64,000 nucleotides of DNA from Abditibacterium sp. (lineage in GTDB: Bacteria; Armatimonadota; Abditibacteriia; Abditibacteriales; Abditibacteriaceae), in contig OZ251992.1 in the NCBI GenBank assembly GCA_965246885.1, positions 1,856,001-1,920,000 of the forward strand, written 5' to 3'. Of this stretch, positions 40,065 to 49,868 are shown one piece after another. Positions within the stretch are counted from its first letter, which is position 1; every line of letters begins with the position of its first letter. The position numbers and the translations under genes were made by a program. The notes under the pieces are model-generated. The model worked only from the letters and a program-made list of their open reading frames with translations, was not told where the DNA came from and searched no databases.

Positions 40065-43000
40065 TCAAGGGGCGTACGACGCGGCCTGGAGTTCTCCCTG
40101 CCCGCCATCCCACAGCGCGAAGCTCGCAGTTATTTCCATCCCGGCGGCTTTGGCGGCGCACTTCATCGCGTGGAAACGCGCGCGCGCGGCGGTCTCGTCC
40201 TCTCCCGTCGCCGCGAGCAAAAAGCCGCCCGCATCGAGAGGAGCCAGCCACTCCCACGCGCCCACGACCAGTTCTTCCCTCCGTCCAAACAACGACCCGC
40301 GCGCGCCGAAGGGCACATCTTGGCGCAAGTCGGCGGCGCTTTGGCCGCACGCTCGTAGCTCGCGTTCGAGGAGTTGGCGGATGGCGGCGTCTTTGAGCGT
40401 GGAGGAAGGCGGGCCGTAGAGCGCGTCAAAGCGAACCTCGCGCGCCGCGCCCGCGACGAAGGGAAGGGGAGCTTCGAGCGAGGTCGGGGGCAGATTCGTT
40501 TCGCTCATGCGGGGCGCGGGCGGCTCGGCGTTTTCGGTAAGGGCCGGAACGAGCGCGCGCAAACCGCCCATCGCGGGGCGGGCGAAGTCGGCCCATGAGT
40601 TGGCGGGCGCATCCGCTACGGTTTCGAGCAGAACCAAGTGCGACTGAGCGCGCGTGCAAGCGACGTAGAACAAGCGCTTCCATTCGGCTTGCGAACGCTC
40701 GAACGCGGCGCCGCGCAAGATGTCGTAGGCGAGCGGCGCGGGCGGTTTGTCTTTGCCGTCGCCGTCTTCTTCTCGCTCACGGCCAAGGGAAAACGCCGCC
40801 AAAGTCGCGCCCGCCACTTCTCCCCATACGAGCGGTTGGTCGCCGCCCTCGCGCTTGGCGTTTTCCAGTTGCGCGAGAACGCACGCCGGGAACCCCAAGC
40901 CCTTACTCGCGTGCACGGTCATCAGTTGAATGGACGCGCCCGACGGAAGCGGCGCAAGCGGCTCGCGGTCGTCGTGGCTGTTGGCCTCGAAGAAGTCCAC
41001 AAGCGCGCGCAGACCGCCTTCGCCTTCGGTTTCCCGCGCGCGCACCAAGTCGAGCACTTTGCGCCAGTTCTCGCGCCGGATGGCGGCGTCATGCAGGCCC
41101 GCCTCGTAAAACGCGACCTCGGATTCGTCCAAGGCGCGCTCCAATACGTCCGACACCGGGAGCACGCCCGCGAGCGAACGCCAGCGCGCCATGCGCGGCA
41201 GAACGGTGTGCCACATCGCGGCGTCGAGTTCATCGGACGGCGCCCACCCGTCCACTTCCGCGCGACGTGCGACGTGCCGTTCCAGAAGCGCGAGGTCGCT
41301 TTGCCCGCCCAAGGGCGAGCGCAACAGCCCGACCGCAGCCGCTTCGTCGTCGGGGTCGAGCAGGGCGCGCAAGAGGAGCATACTCCAGCGCACCGCGTCA
41401 CTTGTCCAAAAGCCGCGCCCTTTAAGCGACTCGAACGGCACGCCGCGCGCGCGGAGCACCTCCTCGAAGAGCGCCTTCACGCTGTTGTCGGCGAACAAGA
41501 CCGCAACCGCCGCTTTGCCGCGCGCGATGGCTTGGTTAATCGCGGCGAAGTCGGGTTGCCTTCGCGCACCGCCCTCGGCGCGCGCGTCGGCCACCAACTC
41601 CAACAGCCACGATGCGAGGGCATCGGCGGCGCGGCGGCGGCGCCCTTCGATGTTGTCCCCGGTGGGTGCCGCATCGCTTGCATCCTGCCAGTTGTGCGGG
41701 GCCAGCGTGTAAACGCCGGGGCAATCGCCCGGTGCGAGGGGCGTTTCCCACGCTTGCGGCGCGGCGACAAGCGGGCCGTGCGCGGCTTCAAACGGCTCGC
41801 GCGGTGCGCCGTCGGGCGGCAGGATATGGGCAAAAGCGCGGTTCGTCCACTCGACCAAGGGCGGCGCGGAGCGGCGCGAGATGCGCAGTTGCTCGAACAG
41901 CGCGCCCTCCTTCCCCAACGTGCGGCGGCCCTCCTCGAAGACCCGCAAGTCGCCGCCGCGAAAGTCGTAGATGGCCTGCTTGGGGTCGCCCACCAGCAGG
42001 GTGTTGCCCTTTGTGCCGTTGCCCTCGGCGGCGCGGCGGCGCAAGCCCTCGATGACCTGCCACTGCTCGCGGTTGGTGTCTTGAAATTCGTCCACAAGCA
42101 GCCACTCGATTTCCCCTTGCAAGGCGGCGCTCACGGCGGGGTCGCGCAACAGTTCCAGTGTGGCACGCGACACGTCGGCGAAGTCGGCCAGCCCGCGCGC
42201 CGCCTTCCACGCGCGCTCGGCGTTCTCCCACCATTTGGCATAGCGTGCGAGGGACGCGACCGCGCACCGTGAGCGCCACTCGCGCTCCCAAAGCGGGGCG
42301 CCAACGCCCTGCTCATCGCACCAGCCGAGCGCGTCGCGCCGCACATCGCCATCGGCGACCGCTTCGCGCCACGCGAGCAATCGCTTGGCGAGCGCCGTTT
42401 TCGCCGAATCGGACAGCGTCGGCGGAAACTCGCGCGCGACCGGCGCGCTCCAGCCCGTGCCGGTCAACACGCCGCCACTTTTCACCGGCGCCTTGACGAT
42501 ATTGGGATCGAGAAGTCGCCCGCGCAACGACGGAGCGATGTCTGCCAACCGTTCAACTGCCAAATTGTGCGCCTGCCACAGGCGGTCCGCGCGCTCATCG
42601 AGCACGTCCAACAACAGCGCGGCATAATCCCCGAACTCCGGTAATCGCGCCAACCGCTCCACTTCCTCGCGCGGTCGTCGAGCGGTGTCGCGGATGAGAA
42701 GAAGCGCGTTCTCGCGGCGCTCAAAGATGTCCAGAAACGCGAACAATTCCTCGGCCTCCGGCGTATCGAAGCTGTCGGCCCACGCCCAGAACTCGCGGCG
42801 CAGGGCACGCACCAACGCGCGTTCTTCACCCGCCGTTGGCAAGCGCGCATTGCGAGACAAGGCGGCGGCGTCGGGGAACATGGCCAACAGCCGCGCGCCA
42901 AGCGAGTCGAACGTCCAAATGCGGTTCTCTTCAGCGAAACGAGCGCGTAGCCCCAACAGCCGCGCGCGTTCCCCAGCGTCCTGCGTGCGCCGCAAACGCC

Positions 43001-43304
43001 GCACAAGCGCGCGATACACGCGGCTCCTCATTTCGGCGGCGGCTTTGTTGGTGAAGGTGAGCGCCACGACGCCTTCTAACTCGGTGGGCGCGCCCTCCTC
43101 GCCGCCATCGAGCAAGAGCTTCAAGACGCGCTGCGTCAGCAGTTCGGTCTTGCCCGTTCCCGCGCCCGCCACCACGACCAAGTGCCCGCTCCCCGCGTCG
43201 CGCACGCGGGCTTGTTCGGGCGACAGAATGTGCCCAAAAGCGTCCGCCTCGCGCACGGCGAGTGGAGCATCGGGAGTGTCGAAGAGAAGGGGGAGTTGGG
43301 ACAT
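40065..43304 (-). CDS. addA: AddA/UvrD-like SF1 helicase with degenerate C-terminal nuclease domain
   Basis: AGAGTGKT, TFTNKAA, VDEFQDT, VGDPKQAIYDFRG, TVHASKGL, RLFYVACTRA; downstream of addB-like gene. Confidence 0.82.
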   Translation of the reverse strand: MSQLPLLFDTPDAPLAVREADAFGHILSPEQARVRDAGSGHLVVVAGAGTGKTELLTQRVLKLLLDGGEEGAPTELEGVVALTFTNKAAAEMRSRVYRALVRRLRRTQDAGERARLLGLRARFAEENRIWTFDSLGARLLAMFPDAAALSRNARLPTAGEERALVRALRREFWAWADSFDTPEAEELFAFLDIFERRENALLLIRDTARRPREEVERLARLPEFGDYAALLLDVLDERADRLWQAHNLAVERLADIAPSLRGRLLDPNIVKAPVKSGGVLTGTGWSAPVAREFPPTLSDSAKTALAKRLLAWREAVADGDVRRDALGWCDEQGVGAPLWEREWRSRCAVASLARYAKWWENAERAWKAARGLADFADVSRATLELLRDPAVSAALQGEIEWLLVDEFQDTNREQWQVIEGLRRRAAEGNGTKGNTLLVGDPKQAIYDFRGGDLRVFEEGRRTLGKEGALFEQLRISRRSAPPLVEWTNRAFAHILPPDGAPREPFEAAHGPLVAAPQAWETPLAPGDCPGVYTLAPHNWQDASDAAPTGDNIEGRRRRAADALASWLLELVADARAEGGARRQPDFAAINQAIARGKAAVAVLFADNSVKALFEEVLRARGVPFESLKGRGFWTSDAVRWSMLLLRALLDPDDEAAAVGLLRSPLGGQSDLALLERHVARRAEVDGWAPSDELDAAMWHTVLPRMARWRSLAGVLPVSDVLERALDESEVAFYEAGLHDAAIRRENWRKVLDLVRARETEGEGGLRALVDFFEANSHDDREPLAPLPSGASIQLMTVHASKGLGFPACVLAQLENAKREGGDQPLVWGEVAGATLAAFSLGREREEDGDGKDKPPAPLAYDILRGAAFERSQAEWKRLFYVACTRAQSHLVLLETVADAPANSWADFARPAMGGLRALVPALTENAEPPAPRMSETNLPPTSLEAPLPFVAGAAREVRFDALYGPPSSTLKDAAIRQLLERELRACGQSAADLRQDVPFGARGSLFGRREELVVGAWEWLAPLDAGGFLLAATGEDETAARARFHAMKCAAKAAGMEITASFALWDGGQGELQAASYAP

Positions 43305-43325
43305 GAAAGCAGAGGGTTAGGGCAA

Positions 43326-46300
43326 TTACCACACGACGGGCGCCGGATAATACACGACTTGCGAGTCTTCGTGCGCCGCCGCGCGCGCCGTCTGAATCGC
43401 CGGGTTTTGCCCGCACATTGCGGCGTGCGCGCAGTAATCGCAGCGCGCGACTTTGGGCGCGCGCACGGACAGGTTGAACGTGCCCGCTTCGATCAGGGCC
43501 GCGATGCGTTCCAGTTGGGCGCGCGTATCGGCGAGCCACTGCGCTTGGACGGCGGGGGCCAGCGCGGTGCGCGCGGCTTTGGCGCCAACGAAGGCGGGCG
43601 AAGCGGCGACCCCGGCGAAGCCCTTACGCGGCGACAGATACGCCGCGCCGACATCGGGCGCCGGTTGCCACGCTCCCGCCAAATGGCGCGCGGCCTCGAT
43701 GTAAATCGCCAGTTGGAAGTGCAAGCGGTCGCTGCCCTTGTGGAACGCAGGAAGCGCCGCCGCGCTTCCCGTCTTGTAGTCGAGAACCCGTAGCGCGAGG
43801 CCGTCGGGCGAAGCATCGAGGCGGTCAATGCGCCCGCGTAGCGTCACGCCCGCCAAAGGCAGGCGAAACGCTTGCTCCAGTCCGTTGCCCACGACGGAAA
43901 GGGCGAAGCCGCCCGCGCCCTGCAAGTGCACAAGCGGGACAAAGGCGCCGGAAAACGTGGTAGCCTCGCCCGCCGCAAGCGCGTCGGCTTCGCGGCACTC
44001 GGCACGCAGGATGCGCGTTAGAGCGCCGTCGCGTGCGGGAGTCCCAAGCAAGCGGCGCGCTTCGGCGCGGCGCAGAATCGGCGGCAAACCCAAGCGCGCG
44101 CACTCGCGCCGGACGTGCGATTCCAACGCGGCGCGGGCGCGCTCGAAGGTGCTTCCATCGAGCGGCTCGCTCCATTCGCGCCGGAAGTGGTGCAGCACTT
44201 TGTGCACCAAGTCGCCCGCTTCGGCGCGCGTCAAGTCGTCTTCGGCGCGCTCCTCGTCGCCCAGCCCCAACACGCGCTCGAAGAAAAAACGCAAGCCGCA
44301 ACGCGCGTAGCTTTCGGCGCCGGACGCGGAAAGCTCCAAGTGCCCGTCGTCGCGCGGCAAAAGCGGCGCGAGCAGTGGGCGCCCGCGTTCGCCCAGCACC
44401 CCATTGGTGCGCCCGAACCCCGCCGCGTCGGTGCGCTCGCGCCGCATTGACTCCAGCGCTCGCAACGCCGGGTCGGTCGGCGCCGCGCCGCTCCTCGCCA
44501 GTTGACGTAGCCACAGCGCGCGCGAAGTCGGGCGCTCTGGCAGGGCCAGTTCGGGCCAAGCCGCGTTTGGAAAGAGGGCGCGCAAATCCTCGATGAGCGG
44601 CGAGGGCGACACCTCGACGCCGTTTTGCCAAGCCGGAAACGACAGATGCAACCGCGCTCCGCCCGCCAGCAAGCGCGCCAAGCCGTGCAACGCCCCAGCG
44701 AGCGGCGCGCTTTCTCCAGCGCGCAATGCTTCCAACGCCTTGGCAGTCGCGGCGGGCCAACGCGATTTGGGCGCCCTCGCGGGCCACGCGCGCTCGGTCA
44801 AACCGGGCACGAACACCTCCGTCTCGCCCTTTTTCCCCGCTTCGCCGACCTCGCCCACGCGCAAAACGCGCACGCACGCCGTCGGAATAGATGCGTCTTC
44901 TTCGGGGCGGACGCTTGTAAGTTCCACCCGCAACCACGCCACCCAGCGCCCCGCCGCGCGCACGTCCTCCTCGCCCGCGCGCGCGACGACACCCGCGATG
45001 CCCGCCCGCAAAGTGGTGAGGGCGGCTTGTTTGAGGGGTGCGGTTTCCTCCGTTTGGAGTGCGCCCGTGAGGGCGTCCGCTTCGCCCTTACGGGCGCACT
45101 CCAAACCTTCCAACAACGCAATTGCCGCTTCCGCCCAACGCGCGGCGCCAAGCGGCTCCGTGAAGGGGGCGAGGAGCGCTTTGAAGCGCGCGACGCCCGC
45201 CAGATCGCCGCCATCGAGCGAAGCGGCCAGCCACCCCGCCCGCGCTTCGTTGGCCATTCCGCCCGCGTCGTGGATGCGGCGTAGCTCGGCCTCCCAGATT
45301 TGCGCCCAGGCTTGCGGGTCGCACCACGCGGCTTCGTCACCCTCGCCCCGGTTCGAGCGGTGCGCGCGGCGCAGGCGTCCGGCGTCCAAACGCTTTTCGC
45401 TCCCGTCTTCCTCGGCCCAGCGTAGTTGCAGCGTGCCGTCGCCGAAAAGGTCGTGCAGTTCGTCCACGCTCCACGCGCCCCGCGCGGCCAACACGCGCAA
45501 CAGCTTTTGCACCAGAGGCGACGCGGCGGGATCGGGAAATTCTGGCGGGAGCGGCACGCCGTGCGCGCGAAACGCGGCGCGAGCGAGGGGCATTTGCGCC
45601 GCGTAGTCGGGCACCACCAAACAAAATTCGTGGGGAAGCGCGCCTTCATCCAAGCGCGCCCGAACGTGCGCGGCGATGCGCTCCCACTCGTCGTGCGGCG
45701 TGTGCGCTTCCGTCAGGAACACCCCATCGGGCAGGGCATCGGGCGTTTGGGCGTCGCCCAATAACGCGCGCGCCACGCTCAAACGGGGCGAAGAGGGCGC
45801 GTCCACCCACTCGAAGCGCGCGCTGCGCCCTTCCCAGAACGCGCGCGCGCGATTGGCCACGTCGTCCTCGAAACCATTGGGGAGCGCCAACGTCGCGCAC
45901 GCAGCACCCGCGCGGTCAAGCAGGGTGCCCAGCCCCAACGCGAGCGCGGGCGACACGTCGGGCAGGTCGTCCACGAGAAGCGCTTTGGGGAACGCGAACG
46001 CGCGGTTGGCTTCCGGGTTGCGCGCGAAAAGGGCGGGCGCCGCTTCGGTATCGAAGGCGCCCGTTTCCGCCAAATGCGCATCATAAGCCGCGCGCCACTC
46101 GTCCAGTTCGGCGCCAAAGGGGTCATCGCCGACGGGTAAGCGCGTCTCGCATTGTCGCCGCATACGACCAAGGAGCGCGGCCATCGCGCGCAGCGAATCG
46201 GTGTCATCCGCGTCGAAATCGAGGTGTTGGAAGCGCGGCTCCAAGCCCCTCAGTACATCGGCCAATGCCCACAAGCGCGCCGCTCCGCGAAGCGCGGGTT

Positions 46301-46544
46301 GGCGCACATTTGCGCCGTGAAAGCGGGCAAAGTACGTTTCCGGTTCGACCAAACGCGGCAATGCCAGTGCGCTCGCCGCCCCCTCGCTCGCTAATGCCCG
46401 CCACGCCGCAAACCCGCGCGCACTCCCCAAAACAAGGGGCGGATCGAGGAGGGATGACGCGCCGCTTTGGGAGAGCCATTGCCACGCGGCGCGCCGCGCT
46501 TCGAGGAGGGTGGGCGCGCAGAAAACGGTGGGGAGCGTGGGCAC
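43326..46544 (-). CDS. addB: AddB-like subunit: inactive helicase fold plus PD-(D/E)XK nuclease with four Fe-S cysteines
   Basis: LSAS..ESYARC, RGRIDRLD, VLDYKTG, CDYC.....C. Confidence 0.82.
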   Translation of the reverse strand: MPTLPTVFCAPTLLEARRAAWQWLSQSGASSLLDPPLVLGSARGFAAWRALASEGAASALALPRLVEPETYFARFHGANVRQPALRGAARLWALADVLRGLEPRFQHLDFDADDTDSLRAMAALLGRMRRQCETRLPVGDDPFGAELDEWRAAYDAHLAETGAFDTEAAPALFARNPEANRAFAFPKALLVDDLPDVSPALALGLGTLLDRAGAACATLALPNGFEDDVANRARAFWEGRSARFEWVDAPSSPRLSVARALLGDAQTPDALPDGVFLTEAHTPHDEWERIAAHVRARLDEGALPHEFCLVVPDYAAQMPLARAAFRAHGVPLPPEFPDPAASPLVQKLLRVLAARGAWSVDELHDLFGDGTLQLRWAEEDGSEKRLDAGRLRRAHRSNRGEGDEAAWCDPQAWAQIWEAELRRIHDAGGMANEARAGWLAASLDGGDLAGVARFKALLAPFTEPLGAARWAEAAIALLEGLECARKGEADALTGALQTEETAPLKQAALTTLRAGIAGVVARAGEEDVRAAGRWVAWLRVELTSVRPEEDASIPTACVRVLRVGEVGEAGKKGETEVFVPGLTERAWPARAPKSRWPAATAKALEALRAGESAPLAGALHGLARLLAGGARLHLSFPAWQNGVEVSPSPLIEDLRALFPNAAWPELALPERPTSRALWLRQLARSGAAPTDPALRALESMRRERTDAAGFGRTNGVLGERGRPLLAPLLPRDDGHLELSASGAESYARCGLRFFFERVLGLGDEERAEDDLTRAEAGDLVHKVLHHFRREWSEPLDGSTFERARAALESHVRRECARLGLPPILRRAEARRLLGTPARDGALTRILRAECREADALAAGEATTFSGAFVPLVHLQGAGGFALSVVGNGLEQAFRLPLAGVTLRGRIDRLDASPDGLALRVLDYKTGSAAALPAFHKGSDRLHFQLAIYIEAARHLAGAWQPAPDVGAAYLSPRKGFAGVAASPAFVGAKAARTALAPAVQAQWLADTRAQLERIAALIEAGTFNLSVRAPKVARCDYCAHAAMCGQNPAIQTARAAAHEDSQVVYYPAPVVW

Positions 46545-46622
46545 GGGGAGAGTTTAAAGGCACTAACTCGCGTGGCGGGGTAAACCTATGGGCCGCCGAA
46601 TTGCGCGAGGCATCCGAACATC

Positions 46623-47966
46623 ATGGCCGTAGAAATTCAAATTCCATCCGTTGGCGAGTCCGTTTCCGAAATCGAACTGGGCGAGTGGCTCAAAAAAGAA
46701 GGCGACGCCGTCGCCCAAGACGAGATTCTCGTTATGCTCGAAAGCGACAAAGCCACCGTCGAACTGCCCGCGCCCGCCGCAGGCGTATTGGGACGCATCC
46801 TCAAGAAAACCGGCGACTCCGCCCAAATCGGCGAAACAATCGCCCTCCTCGAAAGCGCCGGAAGCGCGCCCGCGCCCGCATCAGGCGGCAACGGCGCCTC
46901 CCTTCACACGCAAGAAACCGGTGATTCCCCGGTCAAGGCCACGCCCGAACCGGGCGCCAACGGCTACGCGACCGGAACCGAGCCGCCTCGTTTGCGCGAA
47001 GGCCTCACCCCCGACGCGCCGCCCCAATCGCCGTCGGAAAACCAAGCGACGCAGCGTTTCGTGATGCCCGCCGCCGAGCGCGTCGCCGCGCAAGGTGGAC
47101 TGGACAGCGCAACCATCGAAGGCACCGGCCCCGGTGGGCGCGTCCTGAAAGAAGACGCGACCCGCGCCGTCGAAGCCAAAACCGCCGCGCCCGTCGCACC
47201 TCCGGCAATTGTCACTGAAAGCGCGCCGACCCCCGCCACTCAAGTTGCGGCTCCCCCCGTTGCTTCCGCTTTGGAAGAAGTGCAGCGCATGACGCCGCTC
47301 CGCCGCCGCATCGCCAAGGTCTTGGTCGAAGCGCAGCAAACCGCCGCCCTGCTCACCACCTTCAACGAGATAGACATGGCCGAAGTGATGGCGCTCCGCA
47401 AGGACAATCAGGAAGCGTTCTCCAAGAAGCACGGCATCAAGCTCGGCTTCATGTCGTTCTTCGTCAAAGCCTCGATAGACGCGCTCAAGCTGTTCCCCGC
47501 CGTAAACGCCGAGATTCGCGGCGACTCCATCGTGTACAAGAACCACTACGACATCGGCGTCGCCATTGGCGGCGGCAAGGGGCTGGTCGTGCCTGTGCTG
47601 CGCAACGCCGACCGCATGAGCTTCGCGCAAGTCGAAGGCGCCATCGCCGAATACGCCGGTCGCGTCAAAGACGGCAAAATCACGCCCGATGAACTCATCG
47701 GCGGCACTTTCACCATCACCAACGGCGGCGTTTACGGGTCGCTGCTGTCTACGCCCATCGTCAACCCGCCGCAGTCCGGCATCTTGGGCATGCACACCAT
47801 CCAAGAGCGCCCCATCGCCAAAGCGGGCCAAGTCGTCATCGCCCCGATGATGTATATCGCCCTCACCTACGACCACCGCATCGTGGATGGCCGCGAAGCC
47901 GTCGGCTTCCTCAAACGCATCAAAGAGTGCCTCGAAAATCCGACGCGGATGCTGTTGGAGGTGTGA
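46623..47966 (+). CDS. sucB: 2-oxoglutarate dehydrogenase E2, dihydrolipoyllysine succinyltransferase
   Basis: Lipoyl domain [33 protein letters not shown]. Confidence 0.95.
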   Translation: MAVEIQIPSVGESVSEIELGEWLKKEGDAVAQDEILVMLESDKATVELPAPAAGVLGRILKKTGDSAQIGETIALLESAGSAPAPASGGNGASLHTQETGDSPVKATPEPGANGYATGTEPPRLREGLTPDAPPQSPSENQATQRFVMPAAERVAAQGGLDSATIEGTGPGGRVLKEDATRAVEAKTAAPVAPPAIVTESAPTPATQVAAPPVASALEEVQRMTPLRRRIAKVLVEAQQTAALLTTFNEIDMAEVMALRKDNQEAFSKKHGIKLGFMSFFVKASIDALKLFPAVNAEIRGDSIVYKNHYDIGVAIGGGKGLVVPVLRNADRMSFAQVEGAIAEYAGRVKDGKITPDELIGGTFTITNGGVYGSLLSTPIVNPPQSGILGMHTIQERPIAKAGQVVIAPMMYIALTYDHRIVDGREAVGFLKRIKECLENPTRMLLEV

Positions 47967-48022
47967 GGCGCCGCGCGTTTTCGGGTATCATCTCTTGGTT
48001 CTTGCGAACACGAGGTGCCTCT

Positions 48023-48263
48023 ATGAAAACACACGACGCATTCGACGACACGCTCTGCTTTTGAGCGAATCAGCAAACGGCGACGGGGCTTCCCGTCCGA
48101 AACCCGCGTCAAGCGCGGCCCGCGCATCGTGCGCGGCGACAAGGAGCTAACTGAAAAACTGGGCCGCCGCGACCTGTGCCCCTGCAATTCAGGGCACAGG
48201 TTCAAAAACTGCTGCCTATCCTCCGGGCGCTACGACGGCTCCTTGCGGGCCTACTACTTTTAG
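48023..48263 (+). CDS. SEC-C zinc-finger small protein, apparently requiring a +1 frameshift at TTT-TGA (48059-48064); not in ORF track
   Basis: GAGGTG SD, then [13 protein letters not shown]. The +1 frame continues [19 protein letters not shown]...[20 protein letters not shown]...YYF*. Confidence 0.75.
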
Positions 48264-48281
48264 GGAGTAAACCGCTTCCAT

Positions 48282-48316
48282 TGGCCCGGTGCGTTTCGCA
48301 CCGGGCCAGTTTATTT
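48282..48316 (+). terminator. Intrinsic terminator downstream of the SEC-C gene
   Basis: TGGCCCGGTGCG-TTT-CGCACCGGGCCA followed by GTTTATTT. Confidence 0.75.
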
Positions 48317-48387
48317 GGAGGCTGTCAAAGGTGCAATTGGCAATTTCGACGCCCTATGCCACAGAGCCACTGGCCACCCAAAGAACC

Positions 48388-48906
48388 ATGTCGCCGCAAT
48401 TGAGAGAGCTTCGTCGTCGGGTCGCGGAAGCGGCGCTGTTGGGGGTGCGCGCGGCGCTGGCTTCGTGTGCGGCGGTGGCCATCGCGCAAAGTTTGCACCT
48501 CACTTACCCGTTGTATGCCGTCGTTGCGGCGGTGATTGTGACCGATGTGTCGAGTCAAAAGACGCAGCAGTCAGGCGTGCAGCGACTGCTGGGAACGGCA
48601 TTGGGGGCGCTCGCAGGGCCGTTGTTTGCGCTTGGGTTTGGGCACTCGCTCGCCGTAGTGGGCGCGGCGATTGCGGTGCTCATCTTCGGCTGTTACGTCG
48701 TGGGCTATACCGAGGCGTCAAAGTTGGCGGGTTATGTCGCAGGGCTGGTGGTGCTCGACCACTCGAATGCGCCTTGGAGCTACGCGCGCGACCGCTTCGT
48801 CGAAACGTCGCTGGGCATCGTGCTGGCGATAGTGGTATCCCTCCTGATTCCCGAACGGCGTTTGGTAGCGCCCCCGAACACTAACCCAAATGAGCCGGGG
48901 CTGTAG
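48388..48906 (+). CDS. FUSC/aromatic acid exporter family membrane protein
   Basis: YAVVAAVIV, QRLLGTALGA, RFVETSLG. Confidence 0.8.
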   Translation: MSPQLRELRRRVAEAALLGVRAALASCAAVAIAQSLHLTYPLYAVVAAVIVTDVSSQKTQQSGVQRLLGTALGALAGPLFALGFGHSLAVVGAAIAVLIFGCYVVGYTEASKLAGYVAGLVVLDHSNAPWSYARDRFVETSLGIVLAIVVSLLIPERRLVAPPNTNPNEPGL

Positions 48907-49588
48907 CCGCCAAGTGCCGCCGCGCGACCCACGACTGCGCGCCGATGGAAAGCAGCGAAGCATATACGACCAGTTTCTGACCGCCCGCTTGGATCATCAG
49001 ACCCGACGCCGAATCCGGCGCGGGGCCGGTCGTGATGAGCTTCAGGTATGCGAGCAAAACGGCAAAAAAGGCGGCGAATATCAACGCGCCCGCTTTGGGG
49101 AACGAGCGGCCCAACAGCATCGCGGCCCCGAAGCACAACACCGCAAGCGGGAACGCCTCGAACGCGGCAAAGACGTGGTGGACGTGTTCGCGCGGATAAA
49201 TGTTGGCCGGAGTTAGCGCGATGCCCACGAAATTGGCGGCGCACAATAAGCCAAAGAACGTCCCTGCCACCGTTGCGATGCGCTGCGCCAAGCCGTTCCA
49301 AAAGAAGCGCGCGAACGACACCCAAAAGACGCCCAACGCGGCTCCGGCGCTTGCTAACGCGGTGAAAAAGAGCAGTGAACCAAAGGGGTTGGGGCGACCG
49401 TTGCCGCGCGCGACGGTGCGACCCAAGTCGGAAAAGAAGTTCTCGAAAAAGCGGTAGCCGTGCGCGCCCCCATCGAGCGAGGTGCCGCCCGGATAAAGCG
49501 CCATTGCGCCCAGCGTCAACAGCACGAACGCGCAGCACACCACAATGACGAAATCAAAAGCCCACGTCGGGCGGCGGGAGAAAGTCAC
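48881..49588 (-). CDS. Multi-pass membrane protein (DUF998-like)
   Basis: YPGG, NFFSDLG, conserved His, about six TM helices. Confidence 0.65.
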   Translation of the reverse strand: MTFSRRPTWAFDFVIVVCCAFVLLTLGAMALYPGGTSLDGGAHGYRFFENFFSDLGRTVARGNGRPNPFGSLLFFTALASAGAALGVFWVSFARFFWNGLAQRIATVAGTFFGLLCAANFVGIALTPANIYPREHVHHVFAAFEAFPLAVLCFGAAMLLGRSFPKAGALIFAAFFAVLLAYLKLITTGPAPDSASGLMIQAGGQKLVVYASLLSIGAQSWVARRHLAATAPAHLG

Positions 49589-49685
49589 ACCGTTTTCCGA
49601 CGCACGGGCGCCCGCCGAAGCGGAAAAGAACGGTCGCGCTGTGACTGCCTCCCCGCGCGCCGTCAGGGACGTCCGCCGCGCGACG

Positions 49686-49831
49686 GCGGGAGGGATTCTT
49701 CCCGTGCGGGGAGGCGGCAGCGCCGTGCGGGGAGGAAATCATGGGACGAGGGGAGGAGTTTTTCCCGTGCGGGGAGGAATTTACGGGACGCGGGGAGGAG
49801 TTTATGGGACGAGGGGAGGAAATCATGGCGC
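49686..49831. repeat. 21-nt tandem array C
   Basis: About 7 units such as GCGGGGAGGAATTTACGGGAC and GAGGGGAGGAGTTTTTCCCGT. Confidence 0.88.
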
Positions 49832-49868
49832 GGCGGACGTCCTCCGCGTCATCACGGACGGCGGCGCT

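Noticed and set aside
40638..42272. Long antisense/shadow ORFs (also 658-2034, 5048-6703, 16993-18087, 51614-53254, 46881-47876)
   Set aside because: They mirror well-supported genes on the opposite strand or frame, have no motifs, and are expected at this GC content.
46623..47966. sucB without adjacent sucA/lpd (and pyrH without tsf/frr) as a novelty
   Set aside because: Operon dispersal is common, and the partner genes may lie elsewhere in the genome.
48062..48064. Selenocysteine or read-through at the TGA of the short ORF
   Set aside because: In-frame continuation gives [11 protein letters not shown]...* with no recognisable motif; the SEC-C motif is in the +1 frame.
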